A stretch of DNA of 64,000 bases from Spirochaetales bacterium (lineage in GTDB: Bacteria > Spirochaetota > Spirochaetia > DSM-27196 > SLAA01): positions 755 to 64,754 of the forward strand of contig SLAA01000039.1 of assembly GCA_007127105.1 (NCBI GenBank), written 5' to 3'. This document shows positions 35,291 to 43,386 of the stretch, in pieces. The position numbers and the translations under genes are program-made. Every line of letters begins with the position of its first letter. The stretch's first letter is position 1. Below the pieces are notes generated by a model. The model saw nothing but the letters and a program-made list of their open reading frames with translations. It was not told the origin of the DNA and did not search any database.

Positions 35291-36687
35291 GAACGTGCGT
35301 ATCCAGTAATGATCTCGCTCCAGGTGGGATACCCAAAAGGCTCGGCCGTGAGGGCCTCCCAACTGATACCGTGTTGCATAGCCAGCTGGAGCGGAGCCAG
35401 AACTTCGGCCGCGTTCGGCCCAACGGCTGCAGCGCCCAGTATGAGACCGTCGGAACCAACCTGCACCTTGATTTCGCCCCGGTCAGCAACGGCGCCGCCA
35501 GTGCGGTGAGCCGTGGGTAGAAAGCTGAGCATGGAGTTGTTCCAGCTGCGCCGGTGCTCATGGATACTCGCAGATAGGGCAGGCTGTGGCACTACGGCTC
35601 CAATCTGCACCAACTGCGGATCGGTGTAGATGGCTTCCAGAAGTGGTGGGGTGGCGGCTGAGCTTGGCCGCCCGGCAATGGCGGCCGCCACACGCCTGGC
35701 CTGGTGCAGCGCATGATTTGCAGTAAAGGGAGGGCCTGCTGCATCGCCGCAGGCATAGATCCCAGGTAACCGTGTGCGGCCTGAGGCGTCGGTTTGAATG
35801 TAGCTGCCGCTTGGGTCCAGCAAAGCGCTCCGCTCCCCTGCCCCAAGCGCAATAAACTCCAGATCGGCAGCGCGGCCGGTCGCAATAAAGGCCATGGCAG
35901 CCGTGTGCTGAGTGCCGTCCTCGGTGAGTGCCGTTACCGTCCGGCCACCTGACACTGCGGTGTCTCCATCGACCGAAGCAACCCGGCTGTCGCTAAAAAG
36001 GCTCACGCCGCAATCTTCCAGATGTGCCTGGAGCAGAGCTACGTACTCACGGTCAAAGCGCGGCAGTATTTCGTGTGAGCTCAACAGGGTAACCTTGCAC
36101 CCAAGCCGGGCAAAAGCCTCTGCATACTCAACCCCGGTTATTCCACCACCTACCATTATCAGCGATGCGGGGATATCTGTAAGCGTCTTGGTATGCCGAG
36201 GGGCAATGATGAGTTCCCCGTCGGGTTTGACACCCGGTGCGAATGTCGGCTCGGAACCAGTCGCGACTACAATGTGATCTGCCTCAATGTCCTGGGCCGG
36301 GGCAGGAGTGCTCCCGGATGCTACAGCAGGGTTCGCGGCTGGCGTAAACTGGACATGGCCCGGCTTTGCGAGTTTGCCGGTGCCGGACAGCACCGTCACT
36401 CCTGCCGCTTCAAGCTCCTGGCGCGTCCAGGCAACTCGCGCGGCAATGCCAGCCCGTATCTGCTCGGCGGTAGAGGTGGCCTGCTCCGGTGTCAGCCGTT
36501 CCATCCCCTCCGACCTGTGGTGGGCCGCGTGCAACCAACCTTTGCTTGGAAGCAGACTTCCTACAGTAGTGCGGCCACCGGGAGGCGTTGCCGTAATGAG
36601 CACGGTGGACTTACCCGCCCGTGCGACCTGCCGTGCAGTTTCAAACCCGGCCGGGCCTGAGCCCAGCACCAGAACTTCGTATTTCAT
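35287..36687 (-). CDS. Class-I pyridine nucleotide-disulfide oxidoreductase family flavoprotein lacking the redox-active cysteine pair (SthA-like)
   Basis: 466 aa. FAD site VLGSGPAG, NAD(P) site MVGGGITGVEYA, then ATG.. and GDAAG. The active-site segment reads GGRTTVGSLLPSK where family members have GGxCxxxGCxPSK. The C-terminal motif is GYPTWSE where family members have HPTxSE. Confidence 0.85.
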   Translation of the reverse strand: MKYEVLVLGSGPAGFETARQVARAGKSTVLITATPPGGRTTVGSLLPSKGWLHAAHHRSEGMERLTPEQATSTAEQIRAGIAARVAWTRQELEAAGVTVLSGTGKLAKPGHVQFTPAANPAVASGSTPAPAQDIEADHIVVATGSEPTFAPGVKPDGELIIAPRHTKTLTDIPASLIMVGGGITGVEYAEAFARLGCKVTLLSSHEILPRFDREYVALLQAHLEDCGVSLFSDSRVASVDGDTAVSGGRTVTALTEDGTQHTAAMAFIATGRAADLEFIALGAGERSALLDPSGSYIQTDASGRTRLPGIYACGDAAGPPFTANHALHQARRVAAAIAGRPSSAATPPLLEAIYTDPQLVQIGAVVPQPALSASIHEHRRSWNNSMLSFLPTAHRTGGAVADRGEIKVQVGSDGLILGAAAVGPNAAEVLAPLQLAMQHGISWEALTAEPFGYPTWSEIITGYARS

Positions 36688-36769
36688 ATAGAGAAAGTAC
36701 TATATTGCGGCCAGCTCGACAAGGGCGTGTGGCATTTACACTTTCGGTTCTCCGCGTTACCTTCAGGTA

Positions 36770-37885
36770 ATGCGGCTGCAGATTCAACGAAGCGACTCCA
36801 CCAATGCCTCTTCACCGCCTATGCCACCGGCGGAAAATTTGCTTCAGAGCGAGTTCTGGGCTCGATTCAAAGCACTACGAGGTCACGAGGTATTTCATTT
36901 TGCCGTGAACGATGGGAAAGAGCAGGCTCCCCTCCGCGCCATGAGTAGACGGCTGGGAGCGGATAGCTACGGGGTGTATGTACCACATGGCCCCGAAATT
37001 GAACCGGGCATCGGCAGCGAGGGCCAACAACTGGAGGCCCTGGCCGAACAGCTGCGTGAGCAGCTTCCCGGGTGGTGCGTGGCGGTACGCTTTGACCTCC
37101 CCTGGCGCACGCCCTACATCGACCCCGACTATTTTGATGAAGGCGGGGAATGGCAGGGGCCACCTGCGGCACGTATGCGGGAACTGCGGATGAACTTTGG
37201 CACCGAGAAGAAGCTCTTGCGAAAGGCCCCCACCGACCTCCAACCGCCAGACACAGTGATTGTGAATCTTGACTGTTCGGAGCAGAAGCTACTTGCCGCA
37301 ATGAAGTCCAAGACCCGCTATAACATAGGCCTGGCAACACGTCGAGCTGTTCATGTGCGAGTCGGGCGGGAGGCAGAGTTAGACACCTTTTACCGACTTT
37401 ACCAGGAGACATCTCTACGCCAGGGAATTGCCGTCGAGGACATTCAGTATTTTGTTGACCTCTTTCAGGCTGCCAGGGCACCTCAAGGTGCGTCAGATGC
37501 CGGTGGAGCAACCCGACCCGCATTGTACTTTGCGGAGTACAAACACAGGCCGCTTGCCGCCGCTATCGTACTGCATCATTCCACCAAGGCCTACTATCTG
37601 TATGGTGGCAGTAGCCTGGATGAGCGGCAGCGCATGCCGAGTCATCTCCTGCAGTGGGAGGCAATGCTCGCGGCTCGAAAGGCAGGGTGCCGGAGCTACG
37701 ACCTATTCGGAATACCACCAAATGGTGCTCCACATCACCCAATGCATGGCCTATACCAGTTCAAGCTTGGATTTCCTGGGCGAGTGGAGCATTATAGAGG
37801 TTGCTGGGACTATCCGTTGCAACCGGAGCGCTACGAAGCTGCGGGCGCAACCACCGGTCTGGATTCAAACGCCTACCACCACTAG
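36770..37885 (+). CDS. FemAB-family peptidoglycan interpeptide-bridge aminoacyltransferase-like protein
   Basis: 371 aa. LQSEFWARFK, KSKTRYNIGLATRR, AYYLYGGSSLDERQRMPSHLLQWEAMLAARKAGCRSYDLFGI and GLYQFKLGF are characteristic of the FemX/FemAB (lipid II aminoacyltransferase) family. Confidence 0.8.
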   Translation: MRLQIQRSDSTNASSPPMPPAENLLQSEFWARFKALRGHEVFHFAVNDGKEQAPLRAMSRRLGADSYGVYVPHGPEIEPGIGSEGQQLEALAEQLREQLPGWCVAVRFDLPWRTPYIDPDYFDEGGEWQGPPAARMRELRMNFGTEKKLLRKAPTDLQPPDTVIVNLDCSEQKLLAAMKSKTRYNIGLATRRAVHVRVGREAELDTFYRLYQETSLRQGIAVEDIQYFVDLFQAARAPQGASDAGGATRPALYFAEYKHRPLAAAIVLHHSTKAYYLYGGSSLDERQRMPSHLLQWEAMLAARKAGCRSYDLFGIPPNGAPHHPMHGLYQFKLGFPGRVEHYRGCWDYPLQPERYEAAGATTGLDSNAYHH

Positions 37886-37903
37886 GGAGAGAGGAAGGAA
37901 TAC

Positions 37904-38602
37904 ATGATACCGCTTAAAGACTATCAACGATCCAAGACCTTCCCGGTTTTTAACACCTTGTTTATTCTCATGAACACTGCGGTGTTTATCTACCAACTCA
38001 TTCTGCCTGGGTCCGAGTCGATGCAGTTCACTCTCACCTATGCCTTCACCCCGGAACGGGTCCTGGCTGCCCCACTGTCGGAGTGGCATACCCTGTTCAC
38101 GGCACTTTTCCTCCATGGCGGCTTCATCCATTTTTTCAGCAACATGCTGTTCTTATTCATTTTCGGAGACAATGTTGAGGATGCTCTCGGACACTTCCGC
38201 TATTTGTTCTTCTACCTTGGAGCTGGCCTTCTTGCGGGCCTGGCCCAAGCGGCACTCGCCCCCTCACTCGCTATTCCCAACATTGGCGCCTCGGGCTCAA
38301 TTGCTGCAGTCCTCGGTGCCTACATCGTGCTGTATCCCACGGCCCGAGTGCTGACGCTTGTTCCAATTGGGTTTTTCCTTATGAATGCCAAGCTGCCAGC
38401 CTTTGTGTTTTTGGGCGTCTGGGCCTTGCTCCAGTTCTTCTCTGGGTTCCTGACCATAACCGGAGGTGCATTCGACAATGTTGGCTACTTCGCGCATATC
38501 GGCGGATTCGTGTTTGGAGTTGTGGTTGCCGCTACAGGCAGACGCAAGTACCTGGCAAAGTTCCGTCGACAGCGACGAGTTTTCTACGGCAACTACTCTT
38601 GA
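37904..38602 (+). CDS. Rhomboid family intramembrane serine protease
   Basis: 232 aa with GGAAGGA upstream. It has six helices, HGGFIHFFSNM, the catalytic GASGSIAAVLGAY and HIGGFVFG. The 3' end overlaps the convergent radical SAM gene by 10 nt. Confidence 0.9.
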   Translation: MIPLKDYQRSKTFPVFNTLFILMNTAVFIYQLILPGSESMQFTLTYAFTPERVLAAPLSEWHTLFTALFLHGGFIHFFSNMLFLFIFGDNVEDALGHFRYLFFYLGAGLLAGLAQAALAPSLAIPNIGASGSIAAVLGAYIVLYPTARVLTLVPIGFFLMNAKLPAFVFLGVWALLQFFSGFLTITGGAFDNVGYFAHIGGFVFGVVVAATGRRKYLAKFRRQRRVFYGNYS

Positions 38603-41343
38603 GGACTCGGTGCCGTGTCCTGTGAGGTACCGGCGGGGATAGGTCGGGAGCTGTCAGACACCGGTCGCTCGGACTCCCAGCGACGGTAGAACTCAAGGAA
38701 ATCTACCAGCAGGTCATTCTCCCCTACCATGTCGCCCAACACAGCGAGTCGCGCAAAACAACGCACGCGCCGGATGCGCAGCTCGGCATCTGGGAGTTTC
38801 CGTTCGCACACCCGCTCTATGAGCCGGGTAATACCAACCGGGCCGGTCGGTCCGGAGGGAAGCATGAGCCGAAGCCCATCCTCGGTGAGCTCACAGAACG
38901 ACACCTGCTCACACGCGACAAGCTTCCGCTCCAGGGCCTCAAGTTCACCGTGCGCCTCACTTTGCGCCCCACTTTGCGCCGCACCGTGCGCCGCAGACGG
39001 GGTGCCAGCGTAGATCAGGTACTCCGCACCGCCATAGGCAGCACCGAGGGACGGTGCCTTTTTCCGCTCGGGGCGTGAGCCAGCAATGGTGAGGCATTCC
39101 TGCACCTGAACTCCCTCGGGCAGCGCCTTGTTCAGTGCATCCACGACGTCATGTGACGGTGACTCAAGCAGCTCAATACTTGCAATCTCCTCGGTCGAGT
39201 CCACCCCAATGGACAAGGGCTGGGCAAACTCCATGCGTGCATGCTGGCTAAACCCCTCACTCATCCGCAGCGATAATCCGGCGCGGATCGCGCCCCTTTC
39301 AAGTGCGCGCACAACCGAGAGGTGTGGCAGGAATACCGCTGGCCCCATCTTGGAGAAGCGGATGAGTAGTCGTTTAACCTCGCAGCCAGGATCATGCATG
39401 TCGATATTTTGGACAGGCAGGTCTTGTATGATCTCTGGCCTAGTTGTCTGGGCGGGCCTGGACGGCTGGATGTCCACAACCCGCGCATCCTTATTACAGA
39501 TTCCACAGTAATCACGGCACTGGGGAGCACACCGCTCTGCAAGCTCACCCGAGCGTGACCGCTTGTACTCTTCACGCAGATAGTTCTTAGAAACACCGCT
39601 CTCTATGGGGTCCCACGGAAGCGCCGACTCAAGGTCGCGGCCAGCAACTGTTTCACCGACCACATCCCAGTCAGCGTCGGCAAAAACTTCACGCCACATC
39701 TCACGCGAGACCTGGTCGTCCCAGGCATCCATACGGGCTCCCCGCCGGAAGGCCTCAAGCACAACCTCACCTGCGCGCTCATCGCCCCGGGTAATGACTC
39801 CCTCAAGCAACGACAGGAAGGGTGAGTTCCAACTCACCTTAATTGGCCGACCCTTAAGGCCACGCCGAATCTCGTACAAACACTCAAGTGCCCGAGCTTC
39901 CGGCAGCTGAGGGGCCCATTGAAAGGGCGTGTGCGGTTTGGGAACAAAGGTGTTAACGGTGAGGTTAATATTGATCCCAACCTCGGCCTGCACCGAGGAC
40001 ACAAACTCAACAATGGCGCGGGCTTCATGCAGTGCAGTTTCTGCCACATCTACCGGCTCATGACCTTCCTGTGCATCTACCGGAAGCCCGATCATGAAGT
40101 AGAACTTTGCCACCCGCCAACCAAGTCGCTTGGCCTCACGCAGAATCTCTACGCAGTTCTGCCGCGAGACCTGCTTGTTGAGCACTAACTGCCCCCACTC
40201 GGTTGGGGTTTCAACCGCAAAGGTCAGCCCCGACTTCTTGACCGCAGCCAGCCCACCGATAATTGGCAGCGTGAAGGAGCTCACTCGTAAGGAGGGAAGC
40301 GCAAAGGAAACCCCGCGCCCGGCAAAGTGTGCGTTCAGTTCGTTTACCAGGCGGCCTATCTCGGAGTAGTCGCCTGAACTCAAGGAGGAAAGGGTTATGT
40401 CACGATACCCATAGGTGTCTACCAGAAACTCAGCCTCGGCAACAATTGCCTCCACCGGCTTCATCCGGTAGGGCCTGTAAAAAACCCCGGCATGGCAGAA
40501 GCGGCAGCCATGCGGGCAGCCGCGCATGATTTCTATCGTGCCATGATCCTGTACCGCTTTCACCCCGGCAACCGGAAACTGCACACGCACACAGTCCTCG
40601 GAAAAACCGTTCCAGATAGCTCGGCGAGTCGGCACCGACTTCCCGGAATACCACACATGCGGATTCTCCCGCAGTACGTTCAGGAGTTCTGCACGTCCCT
40701 TGCCAGCCTTGCGACGCTCCGCTATCTCGGACGCAAGCTGCGGAAACAGGCCTTCGGCCTCACCAATGAAGACCGCGTCGATAAAAGCTCCAAAGGGCAC
40801 CGGGTTTGTAATTCCAGGGCCACCGGCAATAACCAAGGGGGCTGACGCGCCACCGGCCGCACCTTCACCGGCCGCACCTTCACCGGTTGAGCCTTCACGG
40901 TCGATTGTCCGCAAAGGCACCCCGCCCGCCTGGAGAACGCTCAGGATGTTGGTTGCCGCAAGTTCATAGCCCACCGAAAAAGCTATGATATCGACCTCGG
41001 AAAGGGGAATTCCCGACTCAAGGGTGTACAGCGGCCGGCCGCTTTCGTGAAGCGCCTTTTCAAAATCCGGCCACGGAGCAAATACACGTTCGGCACGCAG
41101 TCCGGGCTGTGCGTTGATCATGGTGTACAGCAACCGAATTGCGGTGTTGGACATTCCTATTTCATAGGTGTCGGGAAAGCAAATTGCTATGAGCAGATCA
41201 CGCTCGTTAGCACGTCTGTCCCATTCGCTGCGGGACAGCGCCTGAACCGCGCCAAACTCGCCGCCCACGTATCGCCCCGGATTCTCCACGCTCAGCAGCT
41301 GTGCAAACAGTTCATCTTCCGCGTAGTTCGGGTAGCTATTCAT
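38593..41343 (-). CDS. B12-binding-domain radical SAM protein fused to a DUF2344 domain (TIGR03960/TIGR03936-type)
   Basis: ORF 38593..41454. ATG 41343 gives MNSYPNYAEDELFAQLLSVENPGRYVGGEFG, the usual start of this family. Radical SAM cluster motif CPHGCRFC (CxxxCxxC). The C-terminal ~230 aa (LLIRFSKMGPAVFLPHLSVVRALERG...) is DUF2344-like. The start overlaps the upstream GGT stop by 8 nt. Confidence 0.85.
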   Translation of the reverse strand: MNSYPNYAEDELFAQLLSVENPGRYVGGEFGAVQALSRSEWDRRANERDLLIAICFPDTYEIGMSNTAIRLLYTMINAQPGLRAERVFAPWPDFEKALHESGRPLYTLESGIPLSEVDIIAFSVGYELAATNILSVLQAGGVPLRTIDREGSTGEGAAGEGAAGGASAPLVIAGGPGITNPVPFGAFIDAVFIGEAEGLFPQLASEIAERRKAGKGRAELLNVLRENPHVWYSGKSVPTRRAIWNGFSEDCVRVQFPVAGVKAVQDHGTIEIMRGCPHGCRFCHAGVFYRPYRMKPVEAIVAEAEFLVDTYGYRDITLSSLSSGDYSEIGRLVNELNAHFAGRGVSFALPSLRVSSFTLPIIGGLAAVKKSGLTFAVETPTEWGQLVLNKQVSRQNCVEILREAKRLGWRVAKFYFMIGLPVDAQEGHEPVDVAETALHEARAIVEFVSSVQAEVGININLTVNTFVPKPHTPFQWAPQLPEARALECLYEIRRGLKGRPIKVSWNSPFLSLLEGVITRGDERAGEVVLEAFRRGARMDAWDDQVSREMWREVFADADWDVVGETVAGRDLESALPWDPIESGVSKNYLREEYKRSRSGELAERCAPQCRDYCGICNKDARVVDIQPSRPAQTTRPEIIQDLPVQNIDMHDPGCEVKRLLIRFSKMGPAVFLPHLSVVRALERGAIRAGLSLRMSEGFSQHARMEFAQPLSIGVDSTEEIASIELLESPSHDVVDALNKALPEGVQVQECLTIAGSRPERKKAPSLGAAYGGAEYLIYAGTPSAAHGAAQSGAQSEAHGELEALERKLVACEQVSFCELTEDGLRLMLPSGPTGPVGITRLIERVCERKLPDAELRIRRVRCFARLAVLGDMVGENDLLVDFLEFYRRWESERPVSDSSRPIPAGTSQDTAPSPQE
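40851..40886. repeat. In-frame 15-nt tandem duplication inside the radical SAM gene
   Basis: CACCGGCCGCACCTT occurs at 40851-40865 and 40866-40880, with a partial third copy at 40881-40886. On the minus strand it encodes ..GEGAAGEGAAGG... Coordinates were verified against the frame of ORF 40700..40969. Confidence 0.85.
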
Positions 41344-43339
41344 TGGTGCGGTCCTCTTCGTGTGAAACACCGGCCAGGGCTCCAGACGGCCAGCCAAGGA
41401 GCCCAAGGTTCTCCCCGCGCGGGTCCGCCCCAAGCTGGAGCTGACCGGTATCATGGTCCACCATAATCACGTTCGCGTTGCCAATGATCCCGCTTCTTCC
41501 AATTGAGTGGCCGCGAGCCACGAGATTCTTCTCCAGCTCGGCCGGAAAACCTCGTTCCAGATACAAGTAGTTCGTGGCCAGATGAGGGTAGGTCGATGCT
41601 GGAAAGGCGTGGGTAATATAGCGCCTGCGCGCGACAGCCTCTTGCGGTGTCATTCCGAAATCGACTATGTTCACGAACTGCTGAATCTTGCCTTGGGGTT
41701 GCGTATCGTAGCCGGTATTGGCTCCAAAGATATAGGGCAGGCCGTCCCGCATCGCCAGATACGCATTCACGGTGTGTCGAACCTTTTTCCCAGGAACTAT
41801 CATGTTGGGATTCCCCGCAGCAATTTCCATATTGGCCATGCGCTGATTCAGCAGAATGCCGGTTTCGCCGCCCACCAGGAACTGTGCTCCTGTCGATGTA
41901 GTCACACTCGCCGCATTCCCCCAGCGGTCATATACAACAAAACTGGTGGTGTTAGAGTCGGACGCCACGGCAATACCACCCTCGGCGGGCCACTCTAGAG
42001 CCTGCAACGGGTCTATTCGTTCGCGTTGCGCCTGCGCGTACTCATCCGAAAGCAGCGTCTCGACCGGTACATCAACAAAGTTTGGGTCCCCGACATAGTG
42101 ATACACATCGATCTTGCCAAGTTTGGTGGCCTCAATTATGTAGTGAAGCGCCTCGGGACTGTCCGGGCCAAGCCCCGCCAGGTCAAAGCCCTCGAGGATG
42201 TTAAGCGCCATGAGCATAGATATCCCCTGGCTGTTCGGAGGAGCCTGATACACGGTTATGCCACGGTACTCAGTTGAGATTGGCTCACGTAGCTCCGCCT
42301 CAAAATCGGCAAAGTCCTCCGGCACCAGAAAACCGCCCTTGGACTGAATGAAGGAGCTCAACCGCTCCGCAATTGGCCCGCGATAGAAGTAGTCACGCGC
42401 CGCTTGCAGCCCTGCGCTTCGGGCTGTCCTGGCCGGTTGTGCATCCTGCGCGCTCCCCATGGCTTCCTCGCGCGCGCCCCGATACGCGTCTCGCAACTCC
42501 CGCATGGTTTGGGCCAGGTTCGGTTGGTATATCGACCTCCCCAGCACCGGCGGACGGCCGTCAGGCAGAAAGACCGCGGCGGTATGAGGCATAGAGGATA
42601 TCCGCGACTGCTCCTGGACAATAAATCCCCGCATGCTGCGGCTTGCCGGGACCCCGTTCTCGGCAAGGTCTATTGCCGGTTGCAGCAAGCCGTCAAGCTC
42701 AGCCGTGCCAAAGCGCTCAAGCCAGAGCATCCAGCCGTCCCACGCTCCTGGAACAATGGTCCGATGCACGCCGTAGGCGGTATTGCGCTGTGGATCCCGA
42801 AAAAACTCAATGTCAATACTGCGGCCCGCTGGCCCGACGCCGTCAAGCGCATAAACCTGCTCGCTCTCGGCCTCATAGTACAAAGCCCAGGTTCCACCGC
42901 CCAGGGCGTGGGAAAAATGTGGTTCGCTCACACTAATGGCAAAAGCAACTGCAGCGGCGGCGTCGGCGGCCGTTCCTCCACGCTCAAGCACCTCAAATCC
43001 AACGCGCGAGGCAATTGGGTCGCGCGAGACCACGGCATAGGGGCCGTCGTCTGGCATGCTCCTCGTCGCTGCCGGGAGGCGTTCATGCAGGTCCTGACCT
43101 ACCGAGGCGGCTATCCCTTCGTCGAGCGCTTCCGATACCCCTCTTACCCCATCCGCAAGAGGAGGCTCCACAGCTGAGGCAACCGCATCTGGCTCAGCGT
43201 AGCCTACCTCAGCTGCCTCATCTGGCTCACCTTCGGGTCCGGCTGGGGAACATGCGACTAGCACGAACAGCGCACAAATGCATACGAGAAAACGGTAAAA
43301 AGGAGGGCCAGACGCCCTCCCTGTGTATTGTTGAGTCAT
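41336..43339 (-). CDS. ggt: Gamma-glutamyltransferase family lipoprotein (paralogue 1)
   Basis: ORF 41336..43375. ATG 43339 gives MTQQYTGRASGPPFYRFLVCICALFVLVAC|S (lipobox). There is an acidic linker, then a GGT fold (GGTAADAAAAV, autoprocessing/nucleophile context SNTTSFVVYDRWGNAASVTTSTG, GADPRGEN). Confidence 0.85.
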   Translation of the reverse strand: MTQQYTGRASGPPFYRFLVCICALFVLVACSPAGPEGEPDEAAEVGYAEPDAVASAVEPPLADGVRGVSEALDEGIAASVGQDLHERLPAATRSMPDDGPYAVVSRDPIASRVGFEVLERGGTAADAAAAVAFAISVSEPHFSHALGGGTWALYYEAESEQVYALDGVGPAGRSIDIEFFRDPQRNTAYGVHRTIVPGAWDGWMLWLERFGTAELDGLLQPAIDLAENGVPASRSMRGFIVQEQSRISSMPHTAAVFLPDGRPPVLGRSIYQPNLAQTMRELRDAYRGAREEAMGSAQDAQPARTARSAGLQAARDYFYRGPIAERLSSFIQSKGGFLVPEDFADFEAELREPISTEYRGITVYQAPPNSQGISMLMALNILEGFDLAGLGPDSPEALHYIIEATKLGKIDVYHYVGDPNFVDVPVETLLSDEYAQAQRERIDPLQALEWPAEGGIAVASDSNTTSFVVYDRWGNAASVTTSTGAQFLVGGETGILLNQRMANMEIAAGNPNMIVPGKKVRHTVNAYLAMRDGLPYIFGANTGYDTQPQGKIQQFVNIVDFGMTPQEAVARRRYITHAFPASTYPHLATNYLYLERGFPAELEKNLVARGHSIGRSGIIGNANVIMVDHDTGQLQLGADPRGENLGLLGWPSGALAGVSHEEDRTNE

Positions 43340-43386
43340 GTTCTCACTATAACCTGTCGGTACCTCACATGTCACGCTGAGCCGAG

